From Camelus dromedarius (taxonomy: Eukaryota), in assembly GCF_036321535.1 (NCBI RefSeq), contig NC_087437.1, forward strand, positions 108,068,001 through 108,132,000: DNA of 64,000 bases. Direction: 5' to 3'. This document shows positions 1 to 13,755 of this stretch, one piece after another. A model generated the notes under the pieces. The model saw only the letters and a program-made list of their open reading frames with translations, searched no databases and was not told the origin of the DNA. How positions within the stretch are numbered: position 1 is the first letter of the stretch; every line of letters begins with the position of its first letter. Position numbers and translations under genes: made by a program.

Positions 1-1429
1 CATATATGCTTGCCCTTAAAACCTATGTGTTTTTTTGCTTATCTATTCAACTGAGTATAAGAGTTAGCCAACCTGAATAAAGAAAATCAAGAGACTGCTG
101 AAATCTATTAGAGATAGCCGAGAAGTGGGGTGAGCAAGTCTGATCCACTTTAAGAAATTCAAAATATATACCTAACTCAGTTGTAATCAAGAACCTGGTA
201 TTAAATATAGATATACCAAAAAAATGTACCAAATATACAGAAAAACTCCAACACACTGCCTACCTTATAACCCTAATTATATAGAGCAGATCTCATCATG
301 TTTCTCGCAGGTCAAGGGAAAAAAAAAAGCCACATATATGAAAAGATGAGATTTGTATTTTATCCAAGTCTTGCTGGCAAGATGTTCTTGTTTTTAATAA
401 CTCCACTACCTGAAACCATAGTAGGAGACAGGAACATTCTCCCTTGCGATTTTTTTTCCCCCAAAACTATCCACTAATCTTTTAATTAAAAGGGAATGAT
501 GGAGAGATGGCAAGTGAGCAGGAGAAGCTGAAGAACACAGGTTCCCTATGTATTTGTACAACTCTAATCAGTCTGCACATCTCTCAGAGAGCTCTGTATT
601 AATTACATGGAATCTAATCCATTCTACTAAAGCCAGTGTTGTCAGCCACCATGATTGCCTCTAGTTCATAATGTTTGTAGACACAGGTTGATAAAATATA
701 TAACCTAGAAGAGAAACTTCTAGGAAGGTTTTACATACTAGAGGATGTTAATATTGTAGAAAATAATTTTATGCAAATTTGGGCTTTAAATAATGAAAGA
801 ACCCTGATTTTTCTTGGAAGTCCCTGAAACATGTATTTAACTTAATTTTTCCTCTCAATTCAGTACAATGCCTTTTATTTTAGTCAGAAAAGTACTATTT
901 TGGTAATAACATATAGAAATATCCAGACATATGTGATGCTGGCAAATATTTTTTAAGCCAAGGAATTAAAGTAAAAATAATCCATGTTTCCCTCTATATA
1001 GCAATAATCACTATATACATAGGGAGTGCTTACTACATAGGAAGCACTATGCTAAACATTTTCCATAAGTTATTGAAGTGATTCCGTGGAATTATATATT
1101 GCAGTTTTACTTTCGAGGATAAAAGCCTCAAGAATAAGTAGCTCATCCACATTAAATACCTCCTAAGTCCCTGATACTCACAATCCGTGAAACCGATCAT
1201 TATTCTCTCTTTCACCTCAACTCCTTCCTGTTCTTCCTGTGCCTCCCAAACCAACTGCTATTTCAAGGCATTAGATTTCATTCATTCATTCGACAAACTT
1301 CAAGTGGGCTGTTATTGATCACCACTAATGCAACAGTTAGTTTCCTTCTCCCTTGATTCTTTTACTTCCCTAGATTATTTTCAATCTCTTTCCTTTTTCC
1401 CTTACCTGCTAATATCTGTTTTCCTATCA

Positions 1430-2750
1430 TCTAATGACCTTGGTTCCTAACTTACAAAGAAAATAATAAAGATCAGAAGAGAACTATCTAAACTTCCTCC
1501 ATGAAAACCATCACTCTACCTGTATCTGTCCCAATACCTGGATTTCTTCCTTCCCATTGTGAAAGATTTTTTTCATGCTTGTATCCGAGAAGAACCTCTT
1601 CTCACTAGATTCCAGTTATACCATTCCAGCATCTGTCTGCATTTTCTCATGTATCACCAACTTTTTCCTTTTTAAAGATAATTTCTATATACAGCTGTAT
1701 TAGCTCACAGCAAAAAAAAAAAAAAAAAGCCTCTCTTGATCCACGATCCCCTTCCATTTTCTGCCCCATTAATCTTCTTTTCTTTATTTTAAAGCTCTTC
1801 AAACTGTTTCCTGTTCACAATTCTTTTCTTAATCTGGTCCTCAAAGGCTCTCAACTCCATGGCTTAACTATAAGATCTCCTGCCAAGACCACCATTGACC
1901 TTGCTGAGTTGCTAAATTCAGGTCAATCCGTGGTCCTCATCTTACTTGATTTCTCAGCAGTGTTTGAATTAGCTAACACTGTCTCTTTCCTGAAATGTTT
2001 TACAACTGATTTCTAGGGTGCAATTTTCTTGACTCTTCTCCTACTCTCCAGAGATTCTATTCTGATTTCATCGTTTGATCTTCTTTAACTCTCCAGCCTC
2101 TGAACTCTGCGGTGCCTAGAAATCAGTCAATTGGTATCTTCTCTTTAAAATACTTACTGCCCTTCTAAAAGCATCCAGTCTTATACCATCTATCCACTGA
2201 TACTTTCTCAAGTTATATTTCCAGGTTGAAATATCTACCTTAAATATTTACTCTAAATATGCCTAAAAAGCATCTCATGTTCACATTTGGTCTTTGTCAC
2301 TTCGCCCTTCCCCCAGTAAGAGCTTGAAGTCTTCTTAATTAATGGCAAATACTTTCTTCCATATGCTGTTGTGGAAAAGCTAGTGATCATCCTTGATTTA
2401 TCCTTTTCTCTTACAGTGCACATTAATCCCCCAATCACTGCCATCTATTCTCAAGCCATCGTCACCTTATATCTACATTATTACAATACCCTCTTAAAAC
2501 ACTGCTCTCCTCTCACTTCTCCTCACATCACTTCTCAACAAAGTAACCAAGATGATCATCCTTAAATGAAAGTTATACCTTATCTCCCTTATGATATAAA
2601 TCTTCTTCCTCAGAGTACAAGCCAAATCTGACATTGGCACTACATGGCTTCCATTTTGTCCTCTGACCTCATCTCTTACTCCTCTCCTTCCCTAAATCCA
2701 TTCCACATACCCTGGCATCCTTGAACACCTAGAACTCTTTTCTCTCTTAT
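1430..2750 (+). mobile_element. L2 LINE, decayed ORF2 (RT region)
   Basis: gtcctcatcttacttgatttctcagcagtgtttga (~1933) reads VLILLDFSAVF, like L2 RT VLILLDLSAAFD; taccatctatccactgat (~2184) resembles YHLYADD; pyrimidine-rich L2 sense-strand texture. Confidence 0.8.
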
Positions 2751-2799
2751 AGCTACAGAGCTGGAATATTGGTCAAAGTCATTAACATGTGCTACTTTA

Positions 2800-3138
2800 A
2801 AGGATATACCACACCTCTAAGAAGTTTAACACAATAAAGATTAGTTTTTGCCTAATGTCACAGTCCAATGAGAGTTGGGAAGCACCCATAGTCAGCTGTT
2901 CTCTGAACAGAGATTTAAGTCATTCCACCATCTTAGAGTCCTTCCATTCTGGTGACAGAAAAGTGGAGAGGGAAAGTAAGGAGACTTGTGCACTGGGTGG
3001 TAAAATGCTTATATCTCTTCTTCCCATGCGTCAGTGGCCAACATTCTGTGACATGACTAATCTGACTGCAAAGGAGAAAAGCGTTCAGAAGCATAGAGAC
3101 AGCCTAGATATCTGGGTGATTTCAAAGTTTCTGCTACA
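2800..3138 (-). mobile_element. MaLR LTR remnant (MLT1, K/J-like)
   Basis: tttaacacaataaagattagtttt at the left and terminal tctgctaca (reverse TGTAGCAGA) at the right; interrupts the L2. Confidence 0.5.
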
Positions 3139-3199
3139 ATAGCTCTGTAGTGTCTTCAGGCAAGTCAGCAGGGATTTCCCTGGGCTGCCTATTTAAAAG

Positions 3200-3622
3200 A
3201 GCAACACCCCTTGAGTCAAATATTGCCAACTGGTTCCCAATCCTTTTTTTTTTTTTTTATTTTCCATGCTCCTGGACAGCCAACTCAACTATATTTTTTG
3301 CTTTTCTTAAAGTTAAGAGAGGTCAGGAGATTGAGCTATAGGCATGTAAGTGTATACAATGTGAGTTGAATTGACTAATCCTTCCAATGCAGCCCTATAA
3401 AAACTATGTGATGCCCATGACTCCCTTTCCTCAACTACCAACTTTGTGCAAGGAATTCTAAAGTTCCTAGGAGGGCGAGACTCCAGGGAGCAGGAGACTG
3501 GGTTCCTGAATGAATGACCATAAGGATCCTTCCTCAGTATTGAAATTCATATAAATACTGAGAAGCATCTATTTGTGAAACAACTGTCATTTTGTGATTT
3601 ATTTGTTACAGCATTTAGCAAA
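3200..3622 (+). mobile_element. MaLR LTR (MLT1J-like)
   Basis: gccctataaaaac, ggagactgggttcctgaat and 3' end ttttgtgatttatttgttacagcatttagc resemble MLT1J. Confidence 0.6.
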
Positions 3623-3733
3623 CCATTAGAACTTTCTACTCCTTTGAATATGCTTTACTTCTATCATTTATCATCATCTGACATACTCAGTATTTACGTA
3701 TTATCCCCTTTCCCTCGTGTCTTCTGTATAGAA

Positions 3734-3956
3734 TGAAGATCAGCAAATGACAACCTATGGCAGAAATCTAGCATGCTTCCTCTTTTTGTAGATACACTTT
3801 TTACTGGAATACGCAAACACCATTCATTTCTGTATTTCGGGGTTCCTTTCCTGTTTACAGTAGCAGAGTTTAGTAGTTCCAACAGAGGGAGAACTGTGTG
3901 GTCTGCAAATAGTATTTACTATCTGGTCCTTAATGGAAAAGAATTGCCAACCCCTG
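3734..3956 (+). mobile_element. MER58A-like hAT-Charlie DNA transposon
   Basis: Colinear with MER58A: gcagagtttagtagtt...tatttactatctggtcctt...ttgccaacccctg terminus. Confidence 0.8.
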
Positions 3957-3959
3957 TGC

Positions 3960-4100
3960 TAGTACACAAACTCTAGGTATAGAAAGTCTTTGCCTATGTA
4001 GGTTACTGTTATAGCTCCAGTATCAGAACAGTGCCTGGTCCAATGTGTGTATTTGTTAAATATTTGTTAAATGAATAGATAAATAAATGAATGAGTGAAT
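3960..4100 (+). mobile_element. L2 3' end
   Basis: agaacagtgcctgg...aaatatttgttaaatgaat...aatgaatgagtgaat, the typical L2 tail; probably the continuation of the L2 at 1430-2750. Confidence 0.75.
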
Positions 4101-4105
4101 CAGTG

Positions 4106-4186
4106 TGTGGTAGGCCAAGAAAATTTCCCACAAAATGTTGCATGTCTTAATTCCTCAAACCTGTTAATATTACCTTATATGGCAAA
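4106..4186 (+). mobile_element. MLT1D-like LTR 5' fragment
   Basis: tgtggtaggcc...atgtcttaattcctcaaacctgt...ttaccttatatggcaaaa. Confidence 0.6.
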
Positions 4187-5794
4187 AAAAAAAAAAAAGA
4201 GAGAGAGAGAGAAAGGGAGGAAGGAAGGAAGGGAGGAAGAGAAAGAGAGGAAAACTGCCTTTTGCATCAATAGCAATTCTGTATAAATGCTCTTCAGGTT
4301 AATTATCACTATGACAAAACTCATGGGGAGAAAAGTGAGTACTTTATAGTTTTTTTCACTTCAGAGATGAAATAAGACATATTTGGGAGACTGTATTAGC
4401 ACTTCATAAATTTTTTGCTAAGGACAATCTGTTGTAAGACATTAGATACAAAAGCCAGAAAATAAGTCTGATATTTTCTTTAATATATTTTAGAAATTTC
4501 CTGCACTTCTTTGTTTTATGATCATAAATTTTTGTCAAATAAACAAAGTTAATTGCTCCTGAAAAGATAAGAAAAGTGAATGTCTTCAGGGTGAGGGCAG
4601 AGCACATAGTAAGATTTTCTACTTTAATGGAAACAAACTCAGGATAGAAATTCTCTTCTCTTTCAGAAGGCATGGTCACAAACACGTGTCCCTGCAATGC
4701 CTGGAATGACTTGGCCATTTTGGAAATATGCACTTGCATGGGGCTTGTAGGAGTGCAGAAAAGTGCAGAGATGGAAAGCACACAGCACGGGGATCATACC
4801 ATTGAGCTGCTGAACCAACCATGGAACCACCCCGCATCTGTACTTTGTGTTCTCTGATATAATTAACATCCACTTTGGGTTGTGTATTCAATTACTTGCA
4901 GCTGAAAACCTCTCAGTTTAGGGAATATTCATTATAATAGTGCCATTGATGTTAATTGCTTCTGAGTAATTTGTTCATTCAATGACAAAATGATATAGTA
5001 AAACTTTGAGTCATCCTGAACAATTAACTGAGGCCTAATTCAATCTACTTTAGGTTCCAGGGAAATAACATAGAAACTAAGATATTAAATTGTCCATCAG
5101 CAGCATGGAGACTTTTTTCACATAAGGAAACAATTTGTGTTGCCATGGTACTGATTTCAGTTGATGCCTTTATTGAGCACTGGCAGTGCTCTCTAAATGA
5201 TACACTGTAATGGATAAATGGGCAGCAGATACTCTGCAAAGAGCAAATATCTCTGGTTGGCTTAATCATTTTCATGCTGGTAGCAGAATAAATACTGTAT
5301 TTCTTCTTTTGTAAAGTTGCTGTGAAAATGGAAGGTATCTTAAAATTTTGGCATACATTCAAGGAAGTGGTGTTACCACCAAATTTAATATTAAATTAAC
5401 AAATTTTGTAAATGATGGGATCTTTGAACCCACTAAAAACATGAGCCCCACCCCAGACCCACTAGACCATGTTGGCTCTATATCTAATCTAGCAAATAAA
5501 GAGTTTGGAATTTGTAATAAGCAAACCTCTAAATATCTCTACTGCTTCTTTAAGTAAGCTAAAATTAAAACTGTTGCACACACTGGTTTATAAAATGAGG
5601 GATTCACAAGAAGATGATTTATTAATAAATTGATGACACATAATACAATTTCCAGAGAAACCAGGCATTGTTTTCTTCTGTTTCATGTTGTTTCCAGAAC
5701 TCCTTTTATGAAGAAACCATTTAACCTCCTAGTTTAGGAACCATATAATTTATCTCATTATGAAATAGAAATATTTTTGAAATTTACAGTCTGA

Positions 5795-5965
5795 AACTGA
5801 AAATTCAGTCTCAGCTCCACAGCTTATTAGTTGCTTAGCCATTCCAACTTTCCACTTTTGCATGTGTTCGGGATAATCATGACAGTGACATCTTACCTGA
5901 AGGAGTTAGTTTGAGGATCAAGTGATGAAATATGTGTAAAGTTTTTGTAATTGTTTAAGTTCTAT
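5795..5965 (+). mobile_element. MIR SINE
   Basis: cagctccacagcttattagttg...gggataatcatgacag...tttgaggatcaagtgatgaaatatgtgtaaag. Confidence 0.55.
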
Positions 5966-6686
5966 AAGCATATGTTTCTCTACATTCTTCAGTTTTTATG
6001 ACTATTGCAATAATCCTAAGAATAAAATAAATGTGGTGAGCGCTGATGTTTTTGTGTAGTGAGAAACTGAGTAATCAAACTGTGTTCTGATAATAGCATA
6101 ACAATGACCAAATTGGGAAAATAAAAATATTTATAAATTCCTGTATGATCTTTATAAAATGAATAGTTTTTGTTTGTTTGTTCTGGTAAGAATGAAATAA
6201 ATCAGAACATGAATATTCTCAGTCTGAAGTTTCAAAAAATAATTGGAAAAGGTCCCTGCCCTTAGGGAGGTAATATTATAGTGAACAGAGAGGTAAAATA
6301 AACTAAGCTGTGAGCAGGAAGAAGAAATAAAGACCTTGACTAGAAGAATGCAGAGAAAGAATGTCTCATCAGAAATGGAAGCTTCCCGAAGAAAGATAGG
6401 TTTCCAAAGACCTTCATGCCTTGGGCAAAATGAATGTCTTATGTGCAGTCAGTTTGAATTTTGTGCTATGGTAAAAATAAATACCTAGGGATCATGTTAT
6501 ACAAAATTTCAAAAAAATGAAGGCAAGTGACAATTCATAACACCTCCTTATTTCACCAGCACTCTAAACATTCATAAACATTCATATAGCTCCTCAAAAA
6601 TTATGTTCAGTTTTTTAAAATTGACATGTTTATGCTCCTTAGTAATAATTCACAAATATCTTTTATCTATATTATTAAAATATCTA

Positions 6687-7090
6687 ATGCATTTATTCAC
6701 TTAAATACTTTTTGAGCAAATACTATATGCCGGCACCGTTCAAGGAAATGGAGATACAATGATGAACAAGGTAAATAATTGTTTCCCTCCAGGAGCTGTC
6801 ATCTTGTGAAGCAGAGCTCCTCAGATTTTAATACTCACTAAGATTATTGGGAGACCTATTTTAAAATGTAGATTTTTAACTCAGTTGGTCAGGCTGTAAT
6901 CTAAGAATCAGTTTTACAATAAGATCTCAGGAAATGCTGACACTACTGGTCCACAAATCCCACTATGAGTGGAAAGGTATTTAAGCATCTGGACAATAAA
7001 GCAGTAGTTATACTTCAGTGCATGATGGGGAAAGAGTATACAGCCCAGAGGGGTCAATGAGAGAGACTGAAAGAAGGATGTGTCCTGGAA
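6687..7090 (-). mobile_element. L2 3' region, interrupted by a MER5 element
   Basis: catttattcacttaaatactttttgagcaaatactatatgccggcaccgttc...ggagatacaatgatgaacaag is an antisense L2 tail. Confidence 0.65.
6812..6977. mobile_element. MER5-family hAT DNA transposon
   Basis: ttttaaaatgtagattt...aagatctcaggaaatgctgacactactggtccacaaatcccactatgagtggaaagg. Confidence 0.6.
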
Positions 7091-8419
7091 AAAGATCTTT
7101 CCATGTAATTTGTAACAAATAATAAAGGTAGATCACATATATGTGAAAAAGTAAGAATATTCACTAAGTATGTTATAATAGCTATAAAATATATCCTCAT
7201 TTAAAAACTTTTAACAAAATATATTCCTGATGGATTAGAGAGCTAAACATACTTAGAAATTATCAAAAGCACAGAACAAGTATAAGTGAATACTCAACTG
7301 AAATTGACAATACCTCTAAAAAAAAAAAAAAAAGAAAGAAAAATCAAGACTCTGTTCCTTTCACAGGAAACCCAGGGAATGGTGGAAGACAACCTTCTTC
7401 ATGGAAACAATTACAACCAGACTGTGAATTAATAAAGTTACTTGTTTAGCAAACTCATCCATTGCCAGTAGATTAATCTTCACAAAACCTTTATCTTGTT
7501 TTGATCCTTTACACACACTTAAATTCTGCAAAGATCATTCTGCCAGTACTAAAATGTCCAAATTATTTCACAGGCACTCAAGGCTCTTGACAACTGGAAT
7601 CAATTCCACCTATTTTCCACTGTTATATTCTCATACTTCTTTTATAAACTCCTCACTCTAGCCCTTTAATGAACCTAGGTTTTTTTTTTTCTTTCTTTGT
7701 GCCTTTACTGTACTGTCTTCCAAGTTTATAATGCCTCCACCCTCATCTCTGCCTCTCCAAACCCAACATTTCATCCAAGTGCAACTCAAGCTCCACTTTT
7801 TCTACTTTTTCTGCAATTTTTGGCCAAACTACTACACCAAAAAGTTATTTTAGAATTCTTAGGTATTTCACTGTCCCTGATACCTGTGCTAACTTTCAGA
7901 AATTGAACAGGATGTCTTGGTTTGAAACCATTTAAATGAAAATCCTGTAGTCCAATATGAATCTCAGGGTTTAAGAACAGAGTGTCAAAATGCTTAGCAT
8001 AGCACCTTGCGTCTTTGAGTTCTAAATAAATAACCACTGTACTAATGCCTAGCCCTGTGGGTAGGATGCTCGCCAAACCACCTTAAGTATTTTTAAGAGC
8101 TTTGCTTCTGTCTTTTTCTAAACCATCTAAGAACCTTAGCGTCTTTATACATGGTTAGTATATGCAAACAGATATTTCCTAAAAAATAAAATGCTCCAAT
8201 GAATTCCAATAATGTTTGATATTTCATAAAATTAAGTGATGCTTACATCATGAAGTTTGTCCTCCTTCAGATAAAAAAATCACTGTATTTTTAACAAAAA
8301 ATGAATTATTTTAAAATTTTGTCATATTCCAAACTATGCATTAGGAAAATTGAACAACTGTTAATACAGAATATTAATCTAAAAGTTAGCAATGATTATT
8401 CTTTTTAATATATTTACTT

Positions 8420-9480
8420 TTTTATTGATTGATTGAGTGGCCTTTTAGAAAATATTTCTCACAACATCTACTCTCTATTTTATGTGTATATGGATTCAGT
8501 GTTCACCATTTAGTTCTTTTACATTTGTCTCTCACATGGTTTCATTCTAAAGAGATTAAGGGATAATATAGTCTCTGAGTTTTCACATAATTAAGTATGC
8601 CAGTATTACCATTTTGTACTTGGGTAATGACTGGTCTGGTTATAATATTCTCAAGACATACTTTTCCCCTAGAATTTTGTAAATATTGTTCTATTATCTT
8701 CTGGCACTTCATTTTTCCAGGGATGTATTTGAGCCCAACCAGATTTATTCCCTTTGTAAGTTCTTGGATACCTAATGAATTCTTTCTTTATCCTTGAAAT
8801 TCAATCACTTTACCAGAATGTCATGAAATTGGTTCTTCTAATGAATTTCTTGAAAACAGTGTGCTTTTGATCTGTGGGTACTATTTTTAATTTCATAAAT
8901 GTTCTCTACTATTATATAATTATTTTAAAATTTAATTTTATGGGTTTTCACTTTGGTCACACACCATTTATCTTTATTTTGGATCCACATTTCCCATTTA
9001 CTGTGGATATTAACATTTTTTTGATTATTTTATCTCATTCTCCTTCATTTCACTGGGACTACTTCATGGCTTTCTTCTGTTGCTAATTTTATTTTCCACA
9101 CTGTCTAATCTGTTTCCTATGGTTTCTAGTTAATCAGCTCTGTAATGGTGTCACTTTGGTTTTCTATACACTTTTTATAGTCTCTCCTTTCAGTTCATTC
9201 ACACTTTTAATTATCTCATATTTGATGTCTTCTCTGATTAAAATCATATTCCCTTTAGGTTTGCCTATAGCATGAAACATTTATGGAAACTTTTTTTCTC
9301 TTTTTCTCTTTCACTTACATTTTCTTCCAGAATGAATTCTTTTGTTCTTTCTGTGCTTTATGCCTGTCTTTATTTTGACTCTAGTATTTTTGAACACTTA
9401 CCATGTTTAGCCCATGTTTAATGTACTCTTTCTTAAAGCATTTTACTTGTTCTGAATATGGTAGGCTCATTTTTGTTCAT
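8420..9480 (-). mobile_element. Old L1/HAL1 ORF1-region remnant
   Basis: T-rich antisense texture: ctggttataatattctc...ttttcccctagaattttgtaaatattgttctattatcttctggc...tttatccttgaaattcaatcactttaccagaatg. Confidence 0.5.
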
Positions 9481-11422
9481 ACTTTTCCTAACCTATCTGG
9501 GACCTGTTAAAATTCTCCTTAATAGTTTAAGGAAGGTCAGTGAGTATTCTAGCAACATTCCTGTAACCTGAAGAACCTGTAGAATAAGAGAAAAACCCAA
9601 TTAGATGTAGTAGTGTCTTGGGTTGAGATTTTGGCCCATGGTCAAGGTGAAGAAAAATTCCTGGACACCTAGTGATCAATGCTATAACAACTCACCCACA
9701 AGTTATTTATTAACATTGCTGAGACATATTTTTTTCTATTAAGTTAATACCTCTCTCTCCAATTCCTTCAGGAATACTTATTAAAATATATACCAAATAT
9801 ATAAAAATATGTTTAAAATAAAACTCTTCACAGGGTAGAACTGCCTGATAAATGAAGTTAGACCAAAAGTCTGCCAAAGAATTATTTATTTTTTGTACTA
9901 GAGAAAAATATAAACCATAAAAAGTTCCCCCTAGAGTTCATTTTCAACTTATTTAGTCATTAAAGCTTATACTCTAATTGTTTAAATATATTCGATCAAT
10001 GTAAGTTTGGTCTATATTCTGAAACATTTAGTTTTTATTTACTTTCACCATTATAACAACAAAAGCTGTACAAACTGAAAATAAATTACCTCTTTGGACT
10101 CATCAGAGACTATAACTTAGAGGACAGACTGCCATCCTGAAATCTAAGGTAAAGGCAGAGAATCAACAGCAGAGATCTGCTTAGTTGGAGCAGATGCCAG
10201 TGGAGCCATAAACTGGTAGGAATGTCTAAATGATAATTTTGATGAATTGCTGAAGTTTGGATATGGAATGAGTGACAAACTCCTGGGGGAGTCTTAGGGA
10301 GATGAGCCATACTTTCAGGGAATTTACCTCGAGGAGGCTCACTGTGTTTTCACACTGAAAAGTCAAGAAAGATTCCTTGGTAGCTCTAGTCATAGGGAGA
10401 GAAAAATACTTTACCCACAGACGTATGCCGTCTGTGAAAATAACATTTTCCCATCTTCAAACCCTTTTACCCATCCTGTCTCTCTTAAGTGGGGAAACAA
10501 GTAAGATACACTAGTAAAGATTATAGCCCAAGCACACAGTCTCAACTCACTAAAATATGAAGATGTATCAAAAGATTATAAAAGCTTCCCCTCTCCTACA
10601 CCTTATAACCACAGAAATAAGGCTCTAGCATAATAACAGAGAATTGCAGGTGAAAGAACTAAAAGACATAGGCCCTATCTGAGGAGGATTTGTTAGTGGA
10701 ACCCTAAGGCAACAGATGAGACAAAATAAAGTCACAAGAGGAATTTGAAGCCTTTGGCATCTATGCAAGAATAAGCATTACACAAAGACTTCACCCCAAC
10801 CAGGTTACTATAAAACTTCACACTAAGTACTTCTTTTACCTTAGCTCCTATCACCCTGGCTTTTAAAAAATAACAAGAAATCTTAAATATAAGAAAAATC
10901 CCAGTCTTAGGAGATAAAGCGAACATCAGGACCAGACTCAGATATCACATAGATTTTGGAACTATTATACAAGAAATTTTAAATAACTTTGATTAGTATT
11001 TTAAGAGATAATGAAAAAAGTAAACAGCAAGCAGGAAGAATGGGTAAAGTAAGTAGTATGAGGAAAACTACAAGAAAGAATCAAAGGAAAATAAGAGAAA
11101 TCAAAAACTATAAAATATAAATGAAGAGTGTCTTTGGTGTACAAGAGTATACTGGACATGGTGGAAGAAATATTTGATAAGTTTTAAGATATGTCAATAG
11201 AAACTTCAAAAACTAAAATTCATATAGAAAAAAAGAATAAAAACAACATTCAAGAATTATGAGGAAATTTTGAAAAATGTAGCCTATACGCTATTAAAAT
11301 ACCAGAGAAAAGAGAACGACTTGGGTAGAAGAAATATTTGAAATAACAATGGCCAAGAATTTTCCAAAATTTATGACAAACATCAAACCATAGATCCAGG
11401 AAGAATGGAGAATGCAAGGCAG

Positions 11423-11428
<6 letters not shown>

Positions 11429-11482
<54 letters not shown>

Positions 11483-11498
11483 ATATATATATATATAT
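11429..11498 (+). repeat. (CA)25 followed by (TA)n microsatellite
   Basis: Read directly; explains the VCVCVC ORFs. Confidence 0.98.
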
Positions 11499-12394
11499 CA
11501 TATTCAAACATCGAAAAACAAAGACAAAAATAAATCTTGAAAGACGAGAGAAAAATAAAACATTGCCTATTGAGGAACAAGAATATGAATTACAGCTGAC
11601 TTCTTATCAGACACTATGTAGATAAGAAGACAGTGGAGTAAAATATTTAAAGTACTGAAAGAAAAAAGACACCAATTTAGAATTTTATATCCAGTGAAAT
11701 TATCCTTCAAAAGTAAAGGGGGAAATAAGCCTTTTTTTTTTTTTTTTTTTTTTTTCAAATAGAAAGCCATTACCAGCAGACCAGCCCTACAAAAAGTTTT
11801 TAAAAATTCTTCATGGAGAAGGAAGATTATATAGGTCAGTATGCCAGACAAAATAATGACAGTCTAAAGAGATACATGTTGCAACCTTTTGAATCAGTGA
11901 ATACGTTATCTTACGTACAAATAGGGACTTTTTACATGTGACTGAAATAAGAAATCTGAGATGGAGAAATTTTTCCAGATTACCCAGCTAGATCAAATAC
12001 AATCACAAAGGTCAATACAAGGAGAAGAAGGAGGTGGAGGAGTTGAGGATGTAACAAAAGAGGCAGTGGTCATAGCGATATATGATTATGAGCCAAAGAA
12101 TGAAAACAGGCTCTAGAAACTGGAAAGGGGAAGGAATAAATTCTCCCCAGAGCTTTCAGAGGGATGAAGCTTTTAATTAACCTTGATTTTAGCCCCATAA
12201 GACACAGTTTTGGCTTCTGTTGTTCAGAGCAGTAAGGTAATACATTTGACATTATCCTCCTAAATATATCTAACTACTTAAATAAATATAATTAAACAGC
12301 AAGATAGTAAATAACCATAACCACTAAGCTTGTGATAATTTGTTAAGCAGCAATTGGATAATAATACAGATTTTTGGTACCTGGAAAGTAGGAA

Positions 12395-12416
12395 GGTAGG
12401 TAGGTAGGTAGGTAGG

Positions 12417-12455
<39 letters not shown>
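12395..12455 (+). repeat. (GGTA)n(GATA)n compound tetranucleotide microsatellite
   Basis: Read directly. Confidence 0.97.
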
Positions 12456-13633
12456 TTATAATAAATATTTACAAGGAAATGACTTTGGAATGGAGCAATG
12501 GGTAAATGTAAAAAGCATGTTAAGAAGAAGCATAAATAGAAACACTGAGATTGTCTTGAACATTGTTAGTATAAATATGAATGTTAATGACTGTGCTGGA
12601 GAAAACTTAGAATAAAGTAAGAAACATGTTAAAGAAAACCTGTGCTGTCTAAGGGAATACTTACATCATCATAAACAAACTGTTGGTAGGTATGTATATT
12701 AAGAGCTGCTAGTGAAAACTCAGGAAGAAATGAGAACATTTCATTAGAAGTTGGAGTTATACAGTGGTGGAAAACATGAATGAACTACATGCTAAATTAA
12801 GCAAGAAGTGATGAAATGGAATATTTAGCTGAGTGTACTTCTAAGAGAGTGTTGAGGGTATGGCCTTATTTCTCCTTACAGCTTGTGGGTAATTGCAAAA
12901 AGAAAGAGATACATTGAAAGAAGAACTGATAAACAAAAAGAATCCAAAACTTGATGAGTTGAGAAGCATGTATATAGAATAAAAAGAACTTAAAATTAAG
13001 AATTTCACCATCAGGAAAACATGATCTAGAGGGGGGAAAAAAAAACCCTGAGAAGGTGGCTGATGACATTTTTCTATTACCTCAGAAAAATCAGAAGTTC
13101 ACAGAATTGTGTCACACCAAAGTTACTTTGAAGAGACATCATTTATCTCCTGAATGCATTCAGTCATCTCAGCAGAGGCTAAATAGAAATAAGATTATCT
13201 AGAAAAAGATCTTTAGAGAAGCCTCTTGTCCAATAAATCCCCATTACATATCCAGGAGATCCATAAGGGTCTTGATAAATTTATACCACCAGAAGCACTG
13301 ACACCTTGGCCTAAAAGAGACAGAAAAAATATAAAACTAGGGAAGGCTTTGGAATCCTCAAATTCTATAGTTAGAAAAGAGGTTGGTAAGATAACTCAGC
13401 TGCAAACATGTTCTATTTTTCAGAAACAAACAAACAAACAGACAGAAAACCGAGGATGATCCTGAGAATAGAAATCTGAGCCCAGAGCCCAGCCCTAAGA
13501 ATTTAAACACAGAGGGTGGAGCCATGATCCCAGCAGGCAGAGTCATGATCCCACAGAAGTTTATTCCCAAGCCTTGAAAATTAATGTTATTTCCTCACCT
13601 GGACTTTTAAATGTCTTAAGATCAGTGACATCA

Positions 13634-13755
13634 TTTTTGTGGAGGTGATAATTAAGTTTATTTATTTATTTATTTCAATGGAATTACTGGAGTTTGAGCC
13701 CAGGACCTCGGGCATGATAAGCACACACTCTACCACTGAGCTATGTCCTCCCCCC
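13634..13755 (-). mobile_element. tRNA-Ala-derived camelid-type SINE (diverged copy)
   Basis: Reverse strand ggggaggacatagctcagtggtagagtgtgtgcttatcatgcccgaggtcctgggctcaaactccagt plus an AAAT-rich tail; A- and B-box remnants. Confidence 0.85.

Noticed and set aside
4404..4891. Longest ORF (125 aa) and three overlapping ORFs
   Set aside because: No recognisable domain; the longest starts at a non-ATG codon and runs into low-complexity AT-rich sequence
11250..11580. ORFs with VCVCVC runs
   Set aside because: Translation of the (CA)25 microsatellite inside antisense L1 ORF1
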